Source of the DNA: Chiloscyllium plagiosum
Taxonomy: Eukaryota
Direction of reading: 5' to 3'
Length of the DNA stretch: 50,870 bases
Assembly: GCF_004010195.1 (NCBI RefSeq)
Contig: NC_057734.1
Span: 17,422,133-17,473,002 of the forward strand
Below are positions 12,301 through 24,300 of the stretch, piece after piece. Position 1 is the first letter of the stretch. The number at the start of each line of letters is the position of its first letter. Under the pieces are notes generated by a model that was not told the origin of the DNA, did not search any database, and was given only the letters and a program-made list of their open reading frames with translations. The position numbers and the translations under genes are program-made.

Positions 12301-15300
12301 TCAATTCTGTCCTTTTCCATAAGTATTTTAAAACTACTAGAATGATGGTCACTAGTCCCAAAGTGCTCCCCCGCTGATAGCCTCTTCAGCTCCAAGCCAT
12401 CAAGTTCCATCTTTTGCCCATTTTGTGAATTTAAGCCAATAATAATAATGTTTCTATTACTCTGTAGGAATTGTGGCACCAATTGAAGCAAAAATGAGAA
12501 AGGGGAAAGGAGCAATTGGTGCTTATGGGTCTGAACGAACAGAGCAGTCACTGAAGGATTTTCCTATTGTCGATTCCGATGAAGAAGCAGAAGAGGTTTG
12601 TAGCAACACAACTTTTGGCTTGTTGTACTTATTTTTGTAAAAGCACGTCAATCCATCCCTTTCCCTTTCCTACCGTTCTTTGAAGGAACTATTCTAGATG
12701 TTTATTTCAATCCTGCTTGATCTCTATTCAAAAACATACATTTCTGAACATGGATCAGTAGAAGGCAATTGGAATAAGAGATCCGAATAATTATCTCCTG
12801 AGTGCTAAGCCTCATCTGATCCTGACCCTAGCCTCAGCCCAGAAGCACTGAGGACCAATTGTAAGTGCTTCTGCGGCTTCTTCACTTGAGAATCAACCTT
12901 TTTTTGGTTTGTCTGTTTAGTGCTACACCAATGAGTAATGAGGCTATAGTAATAGCATAAGCACATCAGTAACTTGGATTTACATGACATCTTTAATGTA
13001 ATAAATTTTGTTAAAGTGCAACACAGGAGCATTGTAATGCAGTATTTGACACTCAGGAGTTACTTTAGAATATATAAAGGAAGATAACCAAAAACTGGAA
13101 GAAGTAGGAAATTAGAAGCATCTTAACGAAGGAAAGAAAGGTTGAAACAAATAGGTAAGGAATTGGGCGTTGATAGTTGAAGGTCCTGATATTGGAGAAA
13201 CTAAAATGAAGAATGGTCAAGAGGGCAGGATTAGAGGAACTCAGAACTTTGTGGGACTAGAGGCAACTATAAAGATTGAGAGAAGACAAAGCCATAAAGT
13301 GATTTGAAAACAAATGTAAAAAATTTTACAATCGCTGCAGATCAGTGAGGTAGTGGGTAAATGGCTGGTGTTATCAACAGTTTTTGAGTGTCTAATGTAG
13401 AAGATGGCGAAGGGTGTGCTGCAATATCCTCCTTCATGTTTCCAGCTGGACCAGCATGTGTCCCACTTCTCAGGAAAGTAACTAGCTAGTAGTGGAGGAA
13501 ATAGGTTGGAGCAATCCATTTCCTACAGATACCGCGGAGGCGATGGCTGAGTGGTATTATTTTTGACTATTAATACAGAAGCCCAGAATAATGTTCTGGG
13601 GACCAGGGTTTGAATCCTGCCACAGCAGATGATAGAATTTGAATTTTTTAAAAATCTGGAATTAACAGTCGACTGATGATAACGAAACTATTGTCAATTG
13701 TCGAAAAAAACCATCTCGTTCACTAATGTCCTTTAGGGAAGGAAATCTGCCATCCTGATCTGGTCTGGCCTACATGTGACTCCAGAGCCACAGCAATGTG
13801 GTTGACTCTCAACTGCTCTCTGAAATGGCCTAGCAAGCCACTCAGTTGTATCAATCGCTAGTAAGTCACAACAAAGAAATGAAACTGAGTGGACCACCTG
13901 GCATTGACCTTGGAACCGGAAAAGACAACAGCAAAAATGCAAACAGCCCTGTCAACCATGCAAAGTCCTCCTTACCAACATCTGGAAGCTAGTACTGAAA
14001 TTGGGAGAGCTGTCTCACACACTCATCAAGCAAAAGCCTGACATAGTCATTCTTAGGGTATCATGCCTTGCAGAAAACACCCCCGAAACCACCGTTATTA
14101 TCCTTGGATATGTCCTGTCCCACTGGCAGAACAGACCCAGCAGAGGTGGCGGCACTGTGGTATACAGTCGGGTGGGAGTTGACATAGACTCCGGACCCCA
14201 TGAAGTCTCATGGCTTCAGGTTAAACATGGACAAGGAAACGTCTTATTGGTTATCACATATCGTCCTCCTTTGGCTGATGAATCAGTACTCCTCTATGTT
14301 GAACAGTAATTAGAGGAAGCACTGAGGGTGGCAAGGGAACAAAATGGGTGGGGGTTTTCAATGTCCACCGTCAAGAGTGGCTCGGCATGGATCGAGCTGA
14401 TTGGGTCCTAAAGGATATAGCTGTTAGGCTGGTGTTATGAACTAAGCCAGACCACTCAAAACATTCTTAAGCAGGCAGCCCTAGACCTAACTTTGCAGTT
14501 TGTTTCAGTAAGTGTACAGTGAAAGTTACCTGGAGTAAGATAGCTAGGTTGACTACTAGATTTTAAAACAGACAAATATTTATTCACAAAATTACACAAT
14601 GAAACACAAAGAACAGAATAAAGAACCCCAATAGAACTCAGCCTATCGAACTAGACTTAATTATGCCGTTTCGAATATACACAACAGTCCCAATCAGTAA
14701 ACTCCCTCTAAAACCCAGTATAAATGGAACACATGCTTACAGGTTGAAGTTGAAGGGCAGAAAGAGAGAGAGAGAGAAAGAAAAAGAGTGAGTTTCCACA
14801 CAGCTCCTTGTTGAACTTCAGTTCAAGACCGAACTAAAAAACTGCTCAGCTCAGCTGGAGAACTGACCACCCCCCAGCCCTTTATACAGGTCACTTATAA
14901 AACATGACCAACTTTGGCCTGAAGTCTCATCTGTTTCCATATAAACAAAAGGCCTCTCAAAATGCTTTCCATCTCTGCACCAGACCAAACGATCAGAGTC
15001 CGACCTGGTTTCTTGCCCCTCTGAGAAAAATCAGGGACAGAGTCACCTTGAGCCAAGGATCAGCTTTTAGGTTAAAAAAAAAAGGGATTAGCTTTGTGAC
15101 ACTGGATCTGCAGCAGGTGGTGAAGAAACCAACAAGAGGGGGAAAAAAACTTGACCTCATGCCTACTGATCTGCCAGCTGTAGAAGCATCTGTCCATAAC
15201 AGTATAGTAAAAGTGACCACCACTCTGACCTTGTGGAGAAGAAGTCCCGCCTTCACATTGAGAATAACCTCCAATGTGTTATGTGGCACTTGCACCGTGC

Positions 15301-18300
15301 TAAATAGGACAGACTTCAAACCAATCCAGCAACTCAAGACTGGGTATCCATGAGGCATTGTCGATCATCAACAGCAGCAGAACAGTACTCCAGCACGATC
15401 TGCAACCTCACGCCTGGCATATCCCCCATTCACCCATTACCATTAAGCTAGGGGATCAACCCTGGTTCAATGGAGAGTGCAGGAGGGCATGCCAAGAGCA
15501 GCATTAGGTATACCTAAAAATGAGGTGTCAACCTGGTGAAGCTACCAAACAGGACTACGTGTGTGCCACACAGCATAAACAGCAAGTGCTAGACAGGGCT
15601 AAGTGATCCCACAACCAATGGATCAGATCAAAGCTGTGCAGTCCTTCCACATCGAGTCGTGAATGGTGGTGGACAATTAAACAACTCACTGGAGGAGGAG
15701 GTTCCACAACTATCCCCATCCTTGATGATGGAGGAGTCTAGCACATCAGTGCAGAAGGTAAGGCTAATGCATTCACAGCAACCTTCATTCAGAAGTGCTG
15801 AGTGGATAATCCATCTCCGGCTCCTCCAGTGCTCCCCAGCATCGCAGATACCAGTCTCCAGCCAATTCGATTCACTCTGCGTGATATCCAGAAACAGCTG
15901 GAGGCACTGAATACTGCAAAGGCAATAGGCCCTGATAACATTCCGGCAATATTACTGAAGATGTGTGTTCCAGAATTTGCTGCTCCCCTACTTAAGCTCT
16001 TTCAATGCAGTTACAAACTGACATCTACCCGACAATGTGGAAAACTGCCCAGGTATGTCAAAAAGCAGGACAAATCCAACCTGGCCAATTACCGCCCAGT
16101 CTACTCTCCATCAGTAAAGTGATGGGGGGGTGGGGGGGGGGGGGGGGTCATCAACAATGCTGTCAAGCAGCACCTGCTCAGTAGCACCCAGTTTGAGTTT
16201 CACCAGGGTCATTCAGCTCCCGATCTCATTACAGTCTTGGTTCAAACATGGACAAAAGAGCTGAATTCCAGAGGTGAGAGTGACAGCCCTTGACATCAAG
16301 GCTGCATTTGACAGAGTATGGCATCAAGAAGCCCTGGCAAAACTGAAATCAATGAGTATCAGGGCGCAAACACTTCGCTGGTTAGAGTCATACTTGGCAC
16401 AAAGGAAGATGGCTGTGGTTGTGGAGGGTCAGTTATCTCAGCTCCAGGACTATCTGCAGGAGTCCCTCAGGGTAGTGTCCTAGGCCCAATAATCTTCAGC
16501 TGCTTCATCAATGAGCTTCCCTCTGTCATAAGGTCAGAAGTTGGGATGTTCGCCGATAATCGCACAGTGTTCAGCACCATTCGTGACTCCTCAGATACTG
16601 AAGCAGTCTGTGCTCAAATGCAACAAGATCTGGACAATATCCAGGCTTGGGCTGACAAGTGTAGTGCTGGAAAAGCACAGCAGGTCAGGCAGCATCTGAG
16701 GAGTTGTAGAATTGACGTTTCAGGCAAAAGCTCTTCATCAGGAATGAAGCTATGCGCCGAGGGGATGGTGAGATAAATGGGAGGGGGTTGGGTCTGGGGG
16801 AAAGGTAGCTAAGAGTGCAGCAGGCCCCCACCTCCATCTACCTATCGCAGTCTCCCCCACCTCCCATCTACCTATTGCACTCTCTGCTACCTACCTTCCC
16901 CCAGCCCCACTCCACACCTATTTATCTCACCACCCCCTCGATTCACAACCTCATTCCTGATGAAGGTGTTTGCTTGAAACATTGATTCTCTGCTCCTCAG
17001 ATGCTGTCTGACCTGCTGTGCTTTTCCAGCACCACATTCTCGACTAATCTCCAGCATCTGCAGTCCTCACTTTTGCCTTGGGCCAACAAGTGGCAAGTAA
17101 CATTCGCGCCACACAAATGCCAGATAATGACCATCACCAATAAGAGACCCTTTGACATTTAATAGTTTTACCACCACTGAATTCCCCCACTGTCAACATC
17201 CTTGGAGTTACCATTGACCAGAAACTCAACTGGACTCACCACATAATCACAGTGGCGACAAGAGCAGGTCAGCGACTAGGGATACTGCGGCGAGTAGCTC
17301 ACCTCCTGACACCCCAAAGTCTATCCATCATCTACAAGGCACAAGTCAGGAGTGTGATGGAATACTTCCTACTTGCCTGGATGTGTGCAGCTCCCAACAC
17401 TCAAGAAGCTTTACACTGTCCAGGACAAAGCAACCCACTTGATTGGCAAACATTCAATCCCTCCACTAGTGGTGCTCAGTAGTAGCAGTGTGTACTATCT
17501 ACCAGATTCACTGCAGAAATTCACCAAAGATCCTTAGATAGACCCTCCAAACCCATGACCACTTCCATCTAGAAGGACAAGGGCAGCAGGTACTTGGGAA
17601 CACTTATTTTCTTTTGGCAGGAGAAAAAAAAACCTATATATAACGCTCTTTATGACTTCAAAAGGTAGAAAAACTTGAAATAGTCATCACTATTGTAAAG
17701 TCAGAAATAGCGTGGCCAATTTGTGCATAGCTGAAAACCTGCACTTCAGCTTCTGTCAATGTCAGGATGACATTTCCATCCATCTCCACACCTCACCACC
17801 TTCCCCAGTTTGATTATCTGCCTCGTGGCACATTTAACAACTGCTTAGTATCTCATTTCCAGATGAATATTAGAGTTCATTGAGTTGGGATATACATGAG
17901 TGGATATCTAAGGTTGAAGCCAATTGAAGGCAAATTTCAAAATCTGCTAATAATGAAGAACAGTTAGTATTAAAGGATTGGACACTCTGGAGGCAGGAAA
18001 CATGTTTCTGCTGATGGGTGAGTCCCGAACCAGAGGACACAGTTTAAAAATAAGGGGTAGGCCATTTAGAACAGAGATGAGGAGAAACTTCTTCACCCAG
18101 AGAGTGGTGGGTGTGTGGAATGCTCTGCCCAGAAGGCAGTGGAGGCCCAGTCTCTGGATTCGTTTAAGAAAGAGTTGGATAGAGCTCTCAAGGATAGTGG
18201 AATCAAGGGTTATGGAGATAAGGCAGGAACAGGATACTGATTGAAGATGATCAGCCATGATCATAATGAATGGTAGTGCAGGCTCAAAGGGCAGAATGGC

Positions 18301-21300
18301 CTACTTCTGCACCTGTTGTCTATTGTTTATTAGTATGAAGTGGCTGATTGTCTGTTTCTGTTCAGGAGTTTCAGAAGGAGATGAGCCAGTGGCGGAAGGA
18401 TCCTGCAGGTGGGAAGAAAAAACCCAAATATACCTTCAAGACTGTTGAAGAGCTTAAAGCAAAAGGAGCATCTGCTTTGGGCAAGAAAATGGCTACACCA
18501 CAGACGGAGCTCTCACAAGTAAAGGTGCGTGAGAGCAGGCTTTCCTTTCCCCTTTTGTGTCTTTCAGCATTTCCATTTTGAACTCATTAATTCTTGTTGG
18601 AAAAGCAGCTCTTGATAATTACAGGACAGAGTGGATTATCATTACACAAATAAAATTGTCCTATCAAGTGAGTTAAACGGCCAGACTGAAACTGCTGGGT
18701 TTGAAAATGTTAATGTTTTGGCAGATTTGTCAACCCATATCTAGAAACGTTTAAGTGAGACTTTGTGCCAAAGGTTTCAGAAGCAAATATTTTTTCTTTT
18801 CCAATATACCCTTGGTATACTTGGTCTGCCAAGCTGGATATTGATTTCAGCATTCACTATTGAACCTGTGACCTGCTGGCTCATATACTTTGCATGATCT
18901 CAGTAGGAAAATTGTGTTTACCTCTGGCTTCTTTCTTCTTTTATGGCACGTGCATAAAGAATATTGGAAGTCATCTGAATAATAATAACTGGGTAAAATT
19001 ATCATTTCACAGTGCGTAGAGAAAATGCAATGTTTTTCAGGCCATCCATCATAAAACATGCATTTACCAAACTCTTTGGAGGTTTTTTAAACATGTTCCA
19101 AATTGTTTCAATGTAGATGCGAAGCCTTCTAACTGTACACTGCAGCATCTTTTCATATCAAACTAGCTTTTGATATTGTCAGTAATACCACAGAAGATCT
19201 GCTGCTTTGTTCTCAAAATAAAAAGAACAACATCATAATAATCCTGACATTATATTTCAAAGTGTCAAACATAAAAATAAAAAGCTGTGTTTTTCCCACT
19301 AGTTTGTCAATCCACAAACCTCCTCTAAACTACACATTAATGTTATTATACTTCGTATAATCCTTACAGAGTGGAAGCAGGCCATTCAGCACATTGACAC
19401 TGATCCTCCAAAGAACATTCCACCAAGACCAACTCCTATCCTGATAGCCCTGCATTTCTCATGGCCAATCCACCTAACCTGCACATCTTTAGATTGAGGG
19501 AGGAAGCCAGCAGCCACAGGAAACCCTCATGGACATGGGGTGCAATCTCCACACAGACACTCAAGGGTAGAATCAAACCTGGGTCCTTGGTGCTGTGAAG
19601 TAGCAATGCTAAGCGCTGAGTCACTGTGCTGCTCCACTTTGAACTACTTATATAATTTCTCCATAGATCATAGTGACAAGCTCTGTCAGCTGAAGGGCAA
19701 TATATAATTATTGTACTTTAGGTCATAGTGCTTGTGAAATTAGTTGGTACTTAAAACTGAATCAGCTATTTAGTATGTTTGTGTTGTGTTATTTCCAACA
19801 ATCTGATTGTAGGTAGATCAATATGAATGTTAAGTACAATCATTTTCTCATTTGCAATTCCATAATATATCCTCACGAGCCAGTATTACAGTGCAGCTAA
19901 TGGAACCTTTAGGCATGCTGCAGTCACAGTTAATTGATATTGTCACTAGCTGTGCCAGCACTGTGATATTTGTAAATAGCAGATGGCATATTTCTGCATA
20001 TGGTTTTCTGCTTTACTTGAAACTGCAAAAACAGTTTCCCACAATTATTATCAACTAAGTGCGACAGTGCATAGTAATATGCCTCGTGGCTTCCAGAGCT
20101 GGACTACTGGATGTATCTGGCTGATCACCCTGCTACGCCTTTTTCATGTCTTATAAAGCACATTAAACCAGAATGGTTCTCCAGCGTGATGATTCATTAG
20201 ACCTTCCCATTGAGGGCCACCAAACATGTTGCTCTAGCCCACTTTCAGACCTGAGGCATGTGGATTTGTAGATGTCGGCAGATTGGCAGATAACAGCTGG
20301 CATTAAGCCTTACTTTCCTGGCATTGGTCCTCTGTCTCATACAAGCATTGAAAAAGAAATTGTTGCCAGTAATAATGTTGGGGGGAGGGGAGTAGAGTAA
20401 CTGCACGAAGGCTTATGATAGTCTACATGCCAATTGGAAATGAAACTTTGAAAAGGGAACATTGTTAAATATGTCTTTATGGCCCTTGAAATTTTGTTCC
20501 AAAATTGTGGCCAGAAACCCTGTTTGTCTCTTTGTTTGAATAGCAATGAATACTGCATTTGCACTTAGTCTAAAGGCTGGAAAATAGTACAGATGTGTTA
20601 TTGTAACACTTCTGCATCTTTGTTGTATTTGTAATCGAGTTCTTGTTCCAGAAACGTTCCCCCTGTGTTTGTCCATTTGCCCCTTAGCAACATACTTACT
20701 ATAGAAAATTGGAAAATCTCAGTTCCCTCTTTTTCCCATGCTTGTATATTTATTGACCTGCTGTACATTGGTGGTAATGTTAAGGGAAATGGTTTACATA
20801 TGCTAGCATGCAAACTGTGTTCCATGGTCTGGATTCCCTATGAAAGTGCCATACATCATCATACTTTTTAATTATCTTTTCCAAAGTTTTCCATTAGGGC
20901 TCAGTGTATACATTTTTTCCAGATCACCACTCTCAATAATACCTGCTGCTATTTTCCTGAGCACCTAAAACCCATAAATAGTGGCAGACACGCCATCAGT
21001 TAATCTGGTCCTGGTCCTAATCATCTGATTGAAAGATAGTCATTGCAGCAATATACCTTGAAGGAGGAACTAAGGGACCACACAGACATCCCCACACACA
21101 ATTACCTGGGAATTTAAATTTCTCCTGGGTAATAACCCTGCACTTAACACCTTCTGAAAAGATCCCAGTTCTGAATTAGAGCTGCAGACTTTGGACATTT
21201 CAGACTTGCTTAATAACAAAAGAAAACAAGTTAGAGATATTGAAACCTGCTGTAACTCCATGACAGCTGTAAAACTGACAGCACCCCATCTGACATAGGA

Positions 21301-24300
21301 GAAAGTGAGGACTGCAGATGTTAGAGATCAGAGCTGAAAAATGTGTTGCTGGAAACGCGCAGCAGGTCAGGCAGCATCCAAGGAGCAGGAGAATCGACGT
21401 TTCGGGCATAAGCCCTTCTTCAGGAATCCATGAAGAATCCTTCCTGAAATGTCGATTCTTCTGCTCCTTGGATGTTGCCTGACCTGCTGTGCTTTTCCAG
21501 CAACACGTTTTTCAGCCCCGCCTGACATAATCTGCTCTGACAACCCTCAACCCAATAGCCCTATACCCGAACTAACCCAGCCACTGGCCCTGGCAACTTT
21601 ACTGGCCACCTTACCACTCCCACTCACCCACCTAAAACATTATCCCCTCATCCACTTACCTCACACACTTAACTTCTCTCTGTAGCTTATCACAGAGGCT
21701 TTAAATCTGAAAATGCACTATGCTGGAAGAGTCATAAATCCATATAAGTTTCTGAAGAAGCTCAAATCTGATGTTTGCGCCTGAATCAGCTATATGGCAG
21801 AGTAGAGGGAAAGGCGTGGACTGGAAATCCAATTGTTGTTACCACTCCTCAGGAGATTCAGTCCAATGTTTCCATATTATCAGAAAAAAAAACTAAAACG
21901 TCTAGCATGGAGAACATCTAACACATTCCTAAGTAGCCGAATCAGAAAATGTGTGGTTTGAGGTTAAAATTAGTAAAATTTAATTTCTAAATGAGTTAAT
22001 GACTGATTGATATTGAGCCGTTGTGAAAAACTAACTGCTTAATTTATCATATAGGTTATAGACATGACAGGAAAGGAGCAGAAAGTCTATTACAGTTACA
22101 GCCAGATGAACCAGAAGCATGATATTCCTGATGACACACAGTCTCCAGTTAAAGATGCAAAGTCAGAAGGCTTTTCTCTCCCTGAGCTGGAACACAATCT
22201 GCAACTGCTCATTGAAATGACCGAGCAGGAGATCATCCAGAATGACCGTCAGCTGCAGTATGAGAGGGACATGGTTGTTAACCTCTCCCATGAGAATGAG
22301 AAGCTGTCTGAAATCCTTGCCCATGAGGATAAGATCATAGACAAGCTCAGCAGCATCTTGCAGATTGTGGAGGACTGCGAGAAGAGACTGCAGCCCAACT
22401 GTGAAAATCCACTGACCCTGGAGGAGTGTGCAAAAATTTTTGAAATGCTCCAGGAGAAATATTTTGAGGAATACAAGATGTTTGACTTAGCAGAACTCTC
22501 CATTGCCATAGTATTTCCACTGCTGAAAGAATTCTTTAAGACATGGAATCCTTTGCAGGTGAGGTCTACCCCTGCAAAAGTGAGTAGTTGTGGTTCCCAT
22601 TATTCTGCGTCATTGGTTGAGGTGTCAGTGCCTATTGGATAATAAAAGAGAGAAATCAGTCACATGTCTGATGGTTTTCCAGGATCTCTTGGTGGAAGGT
22701 GTATACACATTGATGATGAATAAAGACAGAATCCAGGGTTGGAAAACTTGACAACATTCACTGTGAAGATTCACACACACAAAAAACGCTAAATGAGGGA
22801 ACAGAGGAATGCCATTATCTATGCATCCATGCAGGATCCAGTACATTTCCAAATATTATGAATATTAGACTGAATATGTTAAATTCTGTTCTATACCTTT
22901 GCACCCCTTGAGCATTTGCTAATGCATTCAAAATTATTTCTAGACCCTAGGGTTAGTTGGAACGAAAGTATGGTCAGACACCAGATTATAGTCCAACAGG
23001 TTTACTTGAAATCACAAGTTTTTTGAGCCCTGATCCTTTGTCAGGTGAAGTGAACTCTAGTAGGAAGGTAATGCAGCATACTGTACCTGACTTGTATGGG
23101 ATTCTTTTGAAATAGTAATGGTAGAAATTAAGAGAAAGGTCTGTCATATTGGTGAACTGGGTACAGTTGGGAAAAAAGGAGAGGTAATCAGCTTAACGAC
23201 TTGTCTTCATTTAGGATAACACGTATGGTTTAGATGTCATGTCTAAATGGAGGAAACTTCTAGAACGAGATCAGCTGCAGCATGGAGGATGTGACATGTT
23301 GTCGTTGGACCCTTACCACAGGTAAAACGAATAATTCAAAATTTACTTTGACACTTAGAAGTACTGACAAATATCCAGGTGGTGAAGATGGACCAAACTT
23401 CTCAAATTCTTCAGACAGTTGAAGACACTTCTAAAGTAAGAATCAGAAGATGAATAGTTCCTCAAAGTTAGCACATTCAAATGTTCCCGATTTGATTCTC
23501 TGCTCGATTCTCAATTCGGCTGTTGCAATTGATTTCCATGTTTTAAAGCCAAGGAACTAAAACTAAAAGCAGCTGTGACTTCTAGTTTTATAAAGACATA
23601 TTGAAAATTCCATCAGTTAAGGACAGGATGGAGCTTCACTGTGATCCCCATTAAGTTCAAATAACTTACCTGTAATAGGCAACACACATTGAGAGTAGTG
23701 GTTTGTACAAGGTATTAGAGAAGCCATTCTTTAATTTGGCAAAAAAACAAAGAACAGTAGATAATGGAGATTTGAAACAAAAGCAGAAATTGCTGGAGGA
23801 ACTCATCAGGTTTGGCAGCATCTGTGGAGGGAAATCAGAGTTCATATTTTGGGTCCAGTGACACTGGTCAATTCTGAAGAATTGGACCCAGCATCCTGAA
23901 TCTGCTTTCTGGAGGGAAGGCAGAATCTGGAGGGAAAGCAGATTCAGGATGCTGGGTCCAATTCTTCAGAATTGAGCAGTGTCACTGGACCCAAAATATG
24001 AACTCTGATTTCCCTCCACATATGCTCCCAGACCTGCTGAGTTTCTTCAGGAATTTACGTTTTTGATTATGATTTGGCACTTAGTTCAATGTTTTTCACT
24101 TGTGTTCACATCAAAAAGATAGTTTCCATCAGCATACTGAATTCAGAAAGCAGAAACTGCAGCATTATCTGTGATATAGTACTGCAGAACAAATACTTGT
24201 CTATTTTCCTGTCTGCTATGAAAAGCAATAAATAGCATAACATCAGATTGTTAGGTTCAGGATAAATTTAACAGATTCCTTTACATTATGTTGCACAGAA

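Larger units (their letters stand above)
13536..17603 (+). mobile_element. Non-LTR retrotransposon (APE + RT, CR1-group-like) with tRNA-SINE-like 5' end; decayed, 3'-truncated, interrupted by an LTR and a PLE
   Basis: A box TGGCTGAGTGG 13544-13554, B box GGTTTGAATCC 13607-13617; APE peptide [28 protein letters not shown] (14001-14309); RT peptides [49 protein letters not shown]. Confidence 0.88.

Noticed and set aside
16123-16147. Long G homopolymer (and C run at ~44126-44140)
   Set aside because: Simple homopolymer expansion or length error; no evidence of function.
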